Shown piece by piece: positions 1-8,300 of a DNA stretch of 64,000 bases. Numbering within the stretch: position 1 is the stretch's first letter; each line of letters starts with the position of its first letter. The translations under genes and the position numbers were made by a program. Source of the DNA: Chthoniobacteraceae bacterium (GTDB lineage Bacteria > Verrucomicrobiota > Verrucomicrobiia > Chthoniobacterales > Chthoniobacteraceae); NCBI GenBank assembly GCA_037190965.1, contig JBBCKI010000034.1, positions 32,001 through 96,000 of the forward strand, written 5' to 3'. Under the pieces are notes generated by a model that made no database searches, was not told the origin of the DNA, and saw only the letters and a program-made list of their open reading frames with translations.

Positions 1-1
1 A

Positions 2-352
2 TGGGATCGACTCTATACTGAGGTTCCGCCCGACCGCTACGAGGCTGAAAGCTTTGTCTACAATCAGCAGATTAACCTTGGCGGCAAGATCACCGAAATT
101 CCGATCCCGGTCAACAGCGTCATTAAGTACAGCTATTTCAATACATCTGATCCCACCTCGATTACCACCGAGAAAGCCTATAAGGCCGTTTACGTTGAAT
201 CAGAGGGAAGCTTCATCTTTTACGAGGTTGGCAGCATCCCGTCAGGGTCAACACGGCTTGCCGAAGATGAAAGCGTTTCACGCTGGAAAGGTGACATCTG
301 GGAAATCAAGCGGCGGGAAATCTCAAACTCATCTCTGTTGGGAGCTAGCTAA
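2..352 (+). CDS. Phage hypothetical protein, 5'-truncated by the window edge (probably virion structural)
   Basis: Open frame +2 from base 2 (WDRLYTEVPPDRYEAESF...EDESVSRWKGDIWEIKRREISNSSLLGAS) to TAA at 350-352, directly followed by the ATG at 353; not in the ORF track. Confidence 0.75.
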   Translation, partial: WDRLYTEVPPDRYEAESFVYNQQINLGGKITEIPIPVNSVIKYSYFNTSDPTSITTEKAYKAVYVESEGSFIFYEVGSIPSGSTRLAEDESVSRWKGDIWEIKRREISNSSLLGAS

Positions 353-628
353 ATGGCCATTGAAAGAGTACTAGCCGGACAGTCTCCAACCCTGCTCCAC
401 GCCGATAAGGCGAACGAGTTGATTGATGCCGTAAACTCGCTGAAGGCGATGACGATTTCACCCACGACCGCCGGGAAGGTCGTTCATAGCGACGGGAATA
501 CCGTTATTCAGATTACCGCCGGGGGAGGAGGCGGGGGGGAGGGCGAGTGGGAGGAATGGACCGTATGGCATCTCGGCGCTCCAGGGAAACAAAACGTTAG
601 AGTCGAAGGTCCAGCTGCTCCGATTTGA
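353..628 (+). CDS. Phage hypothetical protein (tail region)
   Basis: 91 aa, abuts both neighbours, Gly6 linker. Confidence 0.7.
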   Translation: MAIERVLAGQSPTLLHADKANELIDAVNSLKAMTISPTTAGKVVHSDGNTVIQITAGGGGGGEGEWEEWTVWHLGAPGKQNVRVEGPAAPI

Positions 629-629
629 T

Positions 630-1379
630 ATGGCTTACTGTCATGGACAAGGATTACCGTGCCTGATTAAGGACTACGACACCTTATCTAGCTTTGATAA
701 GAACAATTACTATTGTTTTGGCCTAACCTTCAAGCAGGCGTTCGACCTCTATTATAGAGTTAAAACTTTTGAATTTCGTGGTGAAGCCCGGGTTTGGGAT
801 GGGCAGAATTCAGAGGATCCAGAATACTTTACTGTTGCGATTTCAACCACAGTTAAAGCATATGAGTTTGACTCCGGGGATATAATCGACGCCGAGCCAT
901 CCTTAGTTGGAGATCACAATTTCATAGGAGAACAGTACGATGCGCCAACCGATTCTAGGCTTTCTGCCTATCTTTGCTATGAGCCGTGGAGCAATCCCGC
1001 ATACAACGCAAAGTTTGCCTTAAAAGATGGAACAACCTACTACCCGAGAACGTCGGTAGGTCTACAGATCGCCGTGGGAGGGGGCGGTTATTATGTCGCG
1101 CCTTTCGCTGGTTCATATGATGTAGGCATTTTTGACTTTGGCCCATTTGGAACATGGCCACTCACTACCGATTTACCTCCTCTTTATATTCCTTCGGCGT
1201 CGATGTCGTTGCTTCCCACTGAATGGTGGGAATACGACCCCGGCGACGCGGATCCTTACCCAGGAAAAGACGGCGCTGGCCCTGTCTATGACAAAGACAC
1301 GGGCGAACAGCTCCGTGATCCCTTCAGCATCGTCAAGCGCGGCGACGGGACATTCTACAACCCGAACTACGCTCCGTAG
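630..1379 (+). CDS. Phage hypothetical protein, Tyr/Asp/Pro-rich (tail region)
   Basis: 249 aa ORF starting 1 nt after the previous stop. Confidence 0.75.
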   Translation: MAYCHGQGLPCLIKDYDTLSSFDKNNYYCFGLTFKQAFDLYYRVKTFEFRGEARVWDGQNSEDPEYFTVAISTTVKAYEFDSGDIIDAEPSLVGDHNFIGEQYDAPTDSRLSAYLCYEPWSNPAYNAKFALKDGTTYYPRTSVGLQIAVGGGGYYVAPFAGSYDVGIFDFGPFGTWPLTTDLPPLYIPSASMSLLPTEWWEYDPGDADPYPGKDGAGPVYDKDTGEQLRDPFSIVKRGDGTFYNPNYAP

Positions 1380-1399
1380 TTGACACCGCGCCATAATCA

Positions 1400-2920
1400 A
1401 TGCCGACCGTCAATATCGACCTCAAGGACATTTTTGAGAGCGGATTTAAGCGCACTATCTCTTTCCGATCCACATCCGCGCCCTACGTCAAGGGGCAATC
1501 CTTGGTCTCTTCGGAGGTGCGCGAGGTTCCAACGGATGCCGATGGGCTCGCGACGATCACGCTCCAGCCCGGCAACTACGAGGTTACGTTTGCTGCGTTC
1601 TCCAACAAGGACAAGCTGATCATCGGTGTGCCGGATGATGATCAGACCTATCCATTGACGGCGCTGATCAATGCCGGGACCACCGTTCCCATCCCTCCCG
1701 TCTACCAAGGTCAAGCCGCCACGGTCGAGATTGCCGAAACCATCACGGGCGAACCGATGACCGACGCGATTGTTGAAAACGTCGGCAATGAGAATGCAGC
1801 GCGGCTTCGGTTTACGATACCTCGGGGAGATCGTGGGTGGAGAGGGTTTCGCGGTTACGCCGCGACTGTAGCTATTGGAGACGTGGAGACCGTTGCGCCA
1901 GGCGAAGATGCCGAGGTAATCAATACCGGTAACGCGCACGATGCGGTGTTTGATTTCAAGATCCCGAAAGGCAACACGGGCGACATTGCGACCATTGAGG
2001 TCGGCAGTGTCACAACTGGCGCGCCGGGGAGCGATGCCATCGTTTCGAACAGCGGAACGAGCGAAGCCGCCGTGCTCGACTTTGAGATTCCGCGCGGCGA
2101 CACCGGAGCGGCGGCTACAATTGCCGTAGGAACCGTAACGACCGGCGCGGCTGGAAGCTCTGCGGCTGTCACCAATTCAGGCACGAGCGGGGCCGCTACT
2201 TTCAATTTCACCATTCCGCGTGGGAATACCGGGGCAACTGGTAACATTGCCCTCGTCGCAGCATATGACGCCACCGGCGACATCACCCTGCCAAACTCCT
2301 CAACGTGGCATCAGATCATCAATCCTAACGGCGCACAGCGCAACGTCACGCTGCCCGTGATCGCCGTGGCCCCGGTTGGTGATCAGGTCGCAATCGGCTG
2401 GAGTCAAAAAATCGAAAACTCTGGCGCAAGCGGCCTTGCCTTGATCGTCAAAAACTCAGCAGGGATCGAGCAGGCCAGGATCGAAAACGGCTCTGTCGCG
2501 CTCTTCATCGCGCGCGGTGCGCCGGGGCTCTGGACAGTGCATCACGAACCCGAGAATCAGCCGTTCGTCAAACATTTCTACGGGATCGACCTAAAGCAGG
2601 CCAACGGCACCGTCATTGACCTATTCACCGTTCCGACCGGTTTACGGTACATTGTCGAGTCGGCATGTGTGATCCTGACGGGCTATAACGGCTCGGGGTC
2701 GCCCGTGGTATCGCTAATTGAATCCAGTGCAGGGGTGGCAATTACGGGCAACCAGACCGTCACCGCGTCCACGGTTGGCCGGTGCATCGTGTTTTACCCA
2801 TCTAGTTCGTTCCCGGCTGTTGCGCCTGGAAACAAGGTTCAGTTCAAGATCGTCACGGCGAGCGCCGCGACAGAGTACACAGTCAACCTCAGCGTCAACG
2901 GCTACTACATCCCGGCATGA
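1400..2920 (+). CDS. Putative tail fibre protein with four ~42-aa repeats and short Gly-X-Y linkers
   Basis: Four repeats of consensus AAT(I/V)x(V/I)GxVTTGxPGSxAxVxNxGTxxxAx(L/F)xFxIP(R/K)G(D/N)TG, a type I recognise from collagen-like phage fibres; prophage context. Confidence 0.75.
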   Translation: MPTVNIDLKDIFESGFKRTISFRSTSAPYVKGQSLVSSEVREVPTDADGLATITLQPGNYEVTFAAFSNKDKLIIGVPDDDQTYPLTALINAGTTVPIPPVYQGQAATVEIAETITGEPMTDAIVENVGNENAARLRFTIPRGDRGWRGFRGYAATVAIGDVETVAPGEDAEVINTGNAHDAVFDFKIPKGNTGDIATIEVGSVTTGAPGSDAIVSNSGTSEAAVLDFEIPRGDTGAAATIAVGTVTTGAAGSSAAVTNSGTSGAATFNFTIPRGNTGATGNIALVAAYDATGDITLPNSSTWHQIINPNGAQRNVTLPVIAVAPVGDQVAIGWSQKIENSGASGLALIVKNSAGIEQARIENGSVALFIARGAPGLWTVHHEPENQPFVKHFYGIDLKQANGTVIDLFTVPTGLRYIVESACVILTGYNGSGSPVVSLIESSAGVAITGNQTVTASTVGRCIVFYPSSSFPAVAPGNKVQFKIVTASAATEYTVNLSVNGYYIPA

Positions 2921-3693
2921 TTCTGACCAACTCGCCAGAAACGCTAGCCCGGGCCGATATGCTGGCCTACAAGGGTCAACTCAAGATCAAGGGTAAAACC
3001 CTCGATACGGCGGCACAGGACCGGCTTTTTGGCGGTGCTCGCGATCTTTACGCCGCGTTTGGGCGAATGGATTTTGCCTCCTTTCGCGACAACGTCGGAT
3101 CGGGAGACATCGCTTACACCTTTCATCGCAAGGTGTTCTCTCTGATTAGCTCACCCTCATGGGTTAGCGACGGCATCGAAAACAGCGCCACCGGATCCAT
3201 TCGCTCCACGGATTGGGTGTGGAATCCGACAAATCACACAATCCTTGTCGGATTCCAGCAGACGAATTTTACAGACCTTCAGACGTTGGCGACTTGCGGC
3301 GATGGCCTTTCAGGGATTGCGGCCGGTCGCAGGACGAACCTCCGCAGCGATTCGGCTTCGGCATCGTCTACATTTGTGTTCAACGGTGCTTTCACTCAAT
3401 ACTCAAGTTCCTGGGGGACGTATTCCTTGGCCGGATATTCATACGGATCGGGGGGAATCAGGCTGCATCGGGATTCGCTAACAAATACATTAACGGCATC
3501 CCCGGCTAGTTTGGATGGGGGAACTCCAACGAATCGAATTGTGCTCATGGCTTCTGACAGCGCGGACGGATCCCGAAGCCAGTTTTTCAAGGGGCGCGCA
3601 AGGTTTGCGATACTGTTTCCTCGGCAGCTAACCAGCGCCGAATACCTAGCGTTTCGGGCCATCTATAACACCTACTTCGCAGCAGGACTATGA
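2917..3693 (+). CDS. Phage tail-associated protein, possible LamG/concanavalin-like C-terminus
   Basis: ATGA overlap with the fibre gene; C-terminal FFKGRARFAILFPRQLTSAEY resembles the LamG end motif F.G.I.....Y.RAL...EI. Confidence 0.6.
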   Translation: MILTNSPETLARADMLAYKGQLKIKGKTLDTAAQDRLFGGARDLYAAFGRMDFASFRDNVGSGDIAYTFHRKVFSLISSPSWVSDGIENSATGSIRSTDWVWNPTNHTILVGFQQTNFTDLQTLATCGDGLSGIAAGRRTNLRSDSASASSTFVFNGAFTQYSSSWGTYSLAGYSYGSGGIRLHRDSLTNTLTASPASLDGGTPTNRIVLMASDSADGSRSQFFKGRARFAILFPRQLTSAEYLAFRAIYNTYFAAGL

Positions 3694-4082
3694 ATTGGAT
3701 AGAATGCGCTGTGTTTTTCCCATCTCGGCTTTTTGTCCCGGATGGGTCGCCACCTGAGTTTTTGCTTCAGTATCTCCAGGAGTATTTTGATCGCTATAGC
3801 GTCGATACCAGCCTTGAGCCGCAGACCATCGACGGCGTTCCGGTCGTTCAGTCTTATGCCGAACGTGAGCCGGTGATTGCGTCAATTTTTGGCGATGACC
3901 TCCCACGGAAGCGGTTTCGAACCGCATCGATTTTTAGAGGAACCATCCCATTCGAGCCAAGCGATGGAGGTTATATCCTTCGCTGTTGCTGGCCGGAAAC
4001 GTTCATCAACGACATCAACCGAGACCCGCAGCCCGAGCCGGAATGGTTTGAGGGGGTCCGCATCGTTGACACCAACTCTTGA
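3690..4082 (+). CDS. Phage hypothetical protein
   Basis: 130 aa, ATGA overlap with the upstream gene. Confidence 0.65.
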   Translation: MNWIECAVFFPSRLFVPDGSPPEFLLQYLQEYFDRYSVDTSLEPQTIDGVPVVQSYAEREPVIASIFGDDLPRKRFRTASIFRGTIPFEPSDGGYILRCCWPETFINDINRDPQPEPEWFEGVRIVDTNS

Positions 4083-4091
4083 TAGACACCC

Positions 4092-4430
4092 ATGACGCAA
4101 GACACATCCAGTATCACGGATCTGATTAATTTGGTTTCATCGGTCGGCCCTAACGGGTTGCTGGTGATCGCCATCATCTATTTCAAGCGAATCTCTGATA
4201 AACGAGAGAGGGAGCGCGATGATCAGATTGGTAAACAGGAAAAGCGGATAGCGGACCTTGAGACGAAGCAGGAGGAATCTCGCCTAAGGGAAGAAAAGAA
4301 TTCTCGGGAGCATACGGCCAGGGAGGAGAAGAACACTCAAGAGTACAAGGTGTTAGCCGAGAGGGTTACCGACGTCATGGATCAAACCCGGAGCGTCATG
4401 CAGCAGGTTTTAGCCAAGCTCGAAAAATGA
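4092..4430 (+). CDS. Putative holin (or i-spanin-like) membrane protein
   Basis: One N-terminal hydrophobic segment (LINLVSSVGPNGLLVIAIIYF), then a charged coiled-coil; lies just upstream of the lipoprotein and endolysin. Confidence 0.6.
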   Translation: MTQDTSSITDLINLVSSVGPNGLLVIAIIYFKRISDKRERERDDQIGKQEKRIADLETKQEESRLREEKNSREHTAREEKNTQEYKVLAERVTDVMDQTRSVMQQVLAKLEK

Positions 4431-4603
4431 AAACGATACCCATTATTGCAATCATCGCATTTCTCACCGGCTGTCAAACCATCACCGACGAAACCGGGAC
4501 TCATCGGCGGTACGTGGGGCCCGGTGTGTCCGTCACGTTCGACCTCGGCGGGGCTGACCTTGGATTCACCATTGCTAAACCTTTGGAGGATGCATCCAAG
4601 TGA
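4427..4603 (+). CDS. Small lipoprotein (58 aa), o-spanin-like candidate
   Basis: MKTIPIIAIIAFLTGC-QTITDETG...PLEDASK*; lipobox LTGC; 4-nt overlaps with both neighbours (ATGA at 4427, GTGA at 4600); too short for the ORF track. Confidence 0.75.
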   Translation: MKTIPIIAIIAFLTGCQTITDETGTHRRYVGPGVSVTFDLGGADLGFTIAKPLEDASK

Positions 4604-5139
4604 TCGACATCAAAAAAATCCAAACCGGGCTGAGGCCGTTTTACACGGGCGCAATCGATGGCGATTGGGGTCCGAAGACGCAGGCGGCAATGGACACCTA
4701 TCAGGCCTTGCGTGGCGAGGCTGTTCCGTCGTGGCTCAAGGTCGCGGCGGCAGAGCTGGGCGTCAAGGAGATCGCCGGGAGTCAGCACAACCCGAGAATC
4801 ATCGAGTATCACAAATCCACCGACCTCGGCGCGACAACCGACGAAACCGCGTGGTGTTCCAGTTTCGCCAATTTTTGCATGGCGCGCGCTGGCCAGTCCC
4901 ATGGCAGGAGCGCGGCGGCTCGCTCGTGGCTGCAATGGGGGGATGCCTTGCCAAGACCGCGTTACGGCTGCGTCGTTGTGCTCAAGCGCGGCACCTCCAG
5001 TTGGGAGGGGCACGTCGGGTTTCTGGTCGCCGAGGATGTTGACAGCCTGGCGCTACTGGGCGGCAACCAGGGCAACCGGGTCAAGGTGTCGGTTTACCGG
5101 CGCGCAGATTTGCTTGGGTTTCGCTGGAGCAAGCCTTAG
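4600..5139 (+). CDS. Endolysin: N-terminal peptidoglycan-binding domain plus TIGR02594-family (NlpC/P60/CHAP-like) domain
   Basis: IDGDWGPKTQAA PG-binding motif; WLKVA..ELGVKEI.G..HNPRI, AWCSSF, ARSWL.WG, GHVGF and LLGGNQ. Confidence 0.88.
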   Translation: MIDIKKIQTGLRPFYTGAIDGDWGPKTQAAMDTYQALRGEAVPSWLKVAAAELGVKEIAGSQHNPRIIEYHKSTDLGATTDETAWCSSFANFCMARAGQSHGRSAAARSWLQWGDALPRPRYGCVVVLKRGTSSWEGHVGFLVAEDVDSLALLGGNQGNRVKVSVYRRADLLGFRWSKP

Positions 5140-5352
5140 CGGTCTACATCAGCCCGTCGGCGCGCTTCCCACCCTTGGAAGCTTTGGTCTTCAAAGCTTT
5201 GATCAGAGCCTGAGTAATTTTAAGGCGCATCGGATTGCCTTCGTTTCCCTGTTGTTGGCCCGATTAATTAGGGGGAGATGCATTTTCTATTCCGCTGGGA
5301 GCGCCGAACGATCATGTCATTCTTCGGCCCATTCTGCAATGGGCGAGGCGCG

Positions 5353-5390
5353 AAATCATGCAAGCATTTTCTTTTATGCTTGCAGGATTT
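5353..5390. promoter_or_regulatory. 15-bp inverted repeat with 8-bp spacer upstream of the P63C gene (candidate operator)
   Basis: AAATCATGCAAGCAT-TTTCTTTT-ATGCTTGCAGGATTT, 14/15 complementary. Confidence 0.55.
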
Positions 5391-5414
5391 AAGCATGCAT
5401 CATAAAAACAATGC

Positions 5415-6413
5415 ATGAGCATCAAAAGCGATATTCATTCAATGGGCGGCAAGGCTCGCGCCGAAAAACTTACTAAAGAAGAGCGGAGCGCCATTGCGCG
5501 CAAGGCTGCCTCGGCGCGATGGATCCCAAAGGCAACCCATGATGGCGACCTAACTCTCATAGAAGGCGCCTCTATTCCATGTGCTGTTTTAGAAGATGGG
5601 ACACGAGTCTTGTCAGAACGAGGAGTCACCAAGGCGCTAGGGGGTAAGCGCGGCGGATCTCATTGGCGCAGGCTGAAAGAGGGCGGCGCCGAACTGCCCG
5701 TTTATATATCGGCGCCGAACTTTAAACCGTTTATTTCCAAGGAATTAGAATCGGCGCTGACAACGCGAATTGATTATAAAACCAAGATGGGCGCCGTAGC
5801 GCATGGTATTCCTGCAACATTGCTCCCGGAGGTTTGCGAGGTGTTCTTAAAGGCTCGTGATGCGGGCCAGTTGCATCGCTCTCAGATTCGACTGGCCCAA
5901 ATGGCGGATATCTTGATGCGGGGCCTTGCCAGGATCGGGATCGTTGCTCTTGTTGATGAAGCCACCGGATATCAAGAGATCCGCAATAAGGAGGCCCTTC
6001 AGGCCCTTCTTGATGCGTTTCTACGAAAAGAATTTGCGGCATGGGCAAAAAGATTCCCGGATGAATTTTACAAGGAGATTTTTCGTTTGCGCGGATGGGA
6101 ATGGAATCGCCTCTCAGTCAAGCGCCCGATATTCGTAGGGAAATTGACGAACAACATCGTGTACGAACGTTTGGCGCCGGGGGTTCTCTCTGAATTAGAG
6201 GGCCGCAACCCAAAGGACGAGAAGGGCCGGCGCCTACAAAAACATCATCAGTGGTTGAGCGAAGATATAGGACATCCGGCCCTGGCCCAGCATCTGCATG
6301 CCGTCATTGGATTTATGCGAGCCTCGTTAGACTGGAAACAATTTCAAAGCCTTCTGGATAAAGCCTTTCCTAAAAGAGGGGCTGTTGTTCAGATGGAACT
6401 GATTTCAGACTAA
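5415..6413 (+). CDS. P63C domain-containing protein (prophage moron)
   Basis: N-terminal GGKARAEKLTKEERSAIARKAA; IPCAVLEDGTRVLS, GIVALVDEATGYQ, W.KRFPDEFYKEIFRLRGW and HHQWL motifs. Confidence 0.8.
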   Translation: MSIKSDIHSMGGKARAEKLTKEERSAIARKAASARWIPKATHDGDLTLIEGASIPCAVLEDGTRVLSERGVTKALGGKRGGSHWRRLKEGGAELPVYISAPNFKPFISKELESALTTRIDYKTKMGAVAHGIPATLLPEVCEVFLKARDAGQLHRSQIRLAQMADILMRGLARIGIVALVDEATGYQEIRNKEALQALLDAFLRKEFAAWAKRFPDEFYKEIFRLRGWEWNRLSVKRPIFVGKLTNNIVYERLAPGVLSELEGRNPKDEKGRRLQKHHQWLSEDIGHPALAQHLHAVIGFMRASLDWKQFQSLLDKAFPKRGAVVQMELISD

Positions 6414-6673
6414 ATTTGGATCAGGACGGGCGGGCACTTCGGCTCGGATGGCGGCCCATGCGTCAGGGTGTGCCGGATTTCGGCGCCATTGAATTTGATC
6501 ACGTCGAGGAGATCCCGGATTTCGTCGAAGCGATCACGATCCTCCTGCCGGATGGATCGGTCTTTTGGATTCGGAGCGAGCGACGGCCTGCTTGATGGGT
6601 AAACCAGACCGGAGACGGGGGAGGGGACGGGTGAAATCGGCAATTGACCCACGGATCGAAATCCTTGTGTTGT

Positions 6674-6707
6674 AGTGGCGAAAAATGGCGAACGAGTGGC
6701 GAAAAAT
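6674..6707 (+). repeat. 13-bp direct repeats next to the att core (candidate integrase arm-type sites)
   Basis: AGTGGCGAAAAAT at 6674-6686 and 6695-6707, plus a partial TGGCGAA between them. Confidence 0.55.
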
Positions 6708-6726
6708 TTGGCCAACAGAGTAAATT

Positions 6727-6775
6727 CACGGATTTCTAATCCGTGGGTCGCAGGTTCAAGTCCTGCCGGGCGCGC
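6727..6775 (+). pseudogene. 3' half of tRNA-Arg(UCU), interpreted as the prophage attR core duplication
   Basis: Anticodon stem-loop ACGGA-TTTCTAA-TCCGT (anticodon TCT at 6735-6737), T-arm GCAGG-TTCAAGT-CCTGC, 3' acceptor strand CGGGCGC; no D-arm or 5' acceptor strand upstream. Confidence 0.88.
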
Positions 6776-6941
6776 TTCTGGAAAAGTGGGGATCTCACGG
6801 TTTCGTTCTTGGGGCTGGGATTCATGTCGATATTGTCCTCCAGGCTGCATCGGTCTTTCTTGGGATGGCGCGGTCAGGGTTTGCCCGTCTTGATATTCGC
6901 ATTCCTGAGGCGATGGTTTTCTTTGGAAGAAGGAGGAACTC

Positions 6942-7622
6942 ATGGCGGCTGATACAACATTTCAAGAAGGGTTTCGTGAGCCGGAAAGAAGCAAGGCATT
7001 GGAGACCACAATGGGTGGTTCGGGGCTTGAGGCTATTGGAGGGATTGCGGCGGTGGTGCTTGGAATTCTCGGGCTTCTCGGGGTCATCCCGGGGATGATG
7101 GCGTCGATTGGAATCATTGTCATCGGCGTCGGCTTTTTGAGTCAGGGGACAGCGGTTGCCACGCGTTATGCGGAATTGCTGAAGGCATTGGACGGAGGCG
7201 GTGCCAAGCAGGCGGCTGAACTGGCAGGGGGAATGACGACGGAGTTCATCGGAGGCATAACGGGCATTGTGCTCGGCGTGCTTGCGCTGCTGGGGATTGC
7301 GCCTCTGCCGCTAATGGCTGCGGCTTTGATTGCGTTTGGGGCGGCTCTCCTGATGAGCACGGCGGAGACCAGTCGGCTAATTTCGATGGGGACGCTGGAA
7401 GGAACACGAGCGCGCCAGATTTTTCGCATTGCGGTCCCGGCGGCAGCGGGAGGTCAGGTTCTTGTCGGTGTGGGTGCGATGATCTTGGGTATCCTTGCCT
7501 TGGTGATGGTGCCTCATTTGTCGTTGAAACTGATCCTCGTGGGCGTGCTGGCCGTTGGCGCAGCATTGCTCTTCAGCGGGTCAGCCGTTGCAGGTCGTTT
7601 AATGATGCTGCTCAAATACTGA
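6942..7622 (+). CDS. Hypothetical integral membrane protein with three internal repeats
   Basis: GGAGG RBS; about six Gly-rich hydrophobic segments; repeats EAIGGIAAVVLGILGLLG / EFIGGITGIVLGVLALLG / QVLVGVGAMILGILALVM. Confidence 0.85.
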   Translation: MAADTTFQEGFREPERSKALETTMGGSGLEAIGGIAAVVLGILGLLGVIPGMMASIGIIVIGVGFLSQGTAVATRYAELLKALDGGGAKQAAELAGGMTTEFIGGITGIVLGVLALLGIAPLPLMAAALIAFGAALLMSTAETSRLISMGTLEGTRARQIFRIAVPAAAGGQVLVGVGAMILGILALVMVPHLSLKLILVGVLAVGAALLFSGSAVAGRLMMLLKY

Positions 7623-7883
7623 GATCCCGAAGGAGACTCATGGCCGTCGGGCTCCCATAGGGAGGCATTGAGCCATGATGAACGCACGAACGTTTGGCTC
7701 GGCTGGTCTTGAATTTGGAAACCGGCCGGGCTTCCCCTTTGCCTGGAGATGGACCCCAAGGGGTTTTGATTTGCAACGGGAGATCTTAAACGATAGATTG
7801 TGCCCTTCCCGGTGGGAGATGTGAACGCGCCTGGCGCCCTTTCCCTCCTGCGACGGAAGATTAACCCATCATCACACCACCTC

Positions 7884-8135
7884 ATGATTTATAAAGCATT
7901 GATCACTGCTGCCGCTGTTGCGGGGCTTTTTTCGAGTTCCATCGTGGCCCAGGCCGGCACATGCCCCTTCACGGGAGCGACGTCTGAATCAAGCAAGGGC
8001 GAGGGTGACAAAAAGGAGAGTAAGGACGCTTCCAAGGAGAGCGACAAAGCCAAAGATGGCGCCGCTAAAGACAGCGCCGGGTGCAGTGGTTGTCCGGCCG
8101 GTGCCGCTGCCAGTGCCGGTAGTGCCAAGAAGTAA
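7884..8135 (+). CDS. Small secreted low-complexity protein with Cys residues
   Basis: Start re-called at ATG 7884; signal peptide MIYKALITAAAVAGLFSSSIVAQA; TCPF and CSGC motifs around a K/D/E/S-rich linker. Confidence 0.7.
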   Translation: MIYKALITAAAVAGLFSSSIVAQAGTCPFTGATSESSKGEGDKKESKDASKESDKAKDGAAKDSAGCSGCPAGAAASAGSAKK

Positions 8136-8220
8136 TCAGTACTCGCCAGTGGGCGATACAGGCACCGCTACAGACGATTTTTTAGGCGGCGCTTTTTAGG
8201 GGAGATTCTCCCCAATCAAT

Positions 8221-8252
8221 GGGCGGGAATCCGACGACGGTTCCCGCCCTTT
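8221..8252 (+). terminator. Rho-independent terminator-like hairpin
   Basis: GGGCGGGAA(T)CCG-ACGA-CGGTTCCCGCCC followed by TTT. Confidence 0.55.
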
Positions 8253-8300
8253 GAGTGTCTCGGTTTTCACTTTCCCCCATTAGATCCCGAATTCCCTCAT

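Larger units (their letters stand above)
1..6775 (+). mobile_element. Right end of a prophage (tail genes, lysis cassette, moron, attR); continues left of the window
   Basis: Co-directional, mostly abutting or overlapping ORFs including a tail-fibre-like repeat protein and a TIGR02594-type endolysin, ending at a 3' tRNA fragment; host-type genes follow. Confidence 0.88.

Noticed and set aside
54..374. ORF-track 106-aa ORF
   Set aside because: Out of frame with the open frame 2-352, which abuts the next ATG and reads as a more plausible protein
5144..5230. 28-aa minus-strand ORF MRLKITQALIKALKTKASKGGKRADGLM, loosely like an integrase arm-binding N-terminus
   Set aside because: Too short and the resemblance too weak; no catalytic domain nearby
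1..6413. Diversity-generating retroelement or invertible tail-fibre system
   Set aside because: No reverse transcriptase, invertase or adenine-variant repeat pair seen in the window
6690..6780. Complete tRNA-Arg gene
   Set aside because: No 5' acceptor strand or D-arm; reported as an att fragment instead
6410..6943. 177-aa minus-strand ORF
   Set aside because: Runs antisense through the tRNA fragment (ARPAGLEPATHGLE is typical tRNA shadow translation) and across attR; only its last ~80 codons might be a real small gene, which I cannot support
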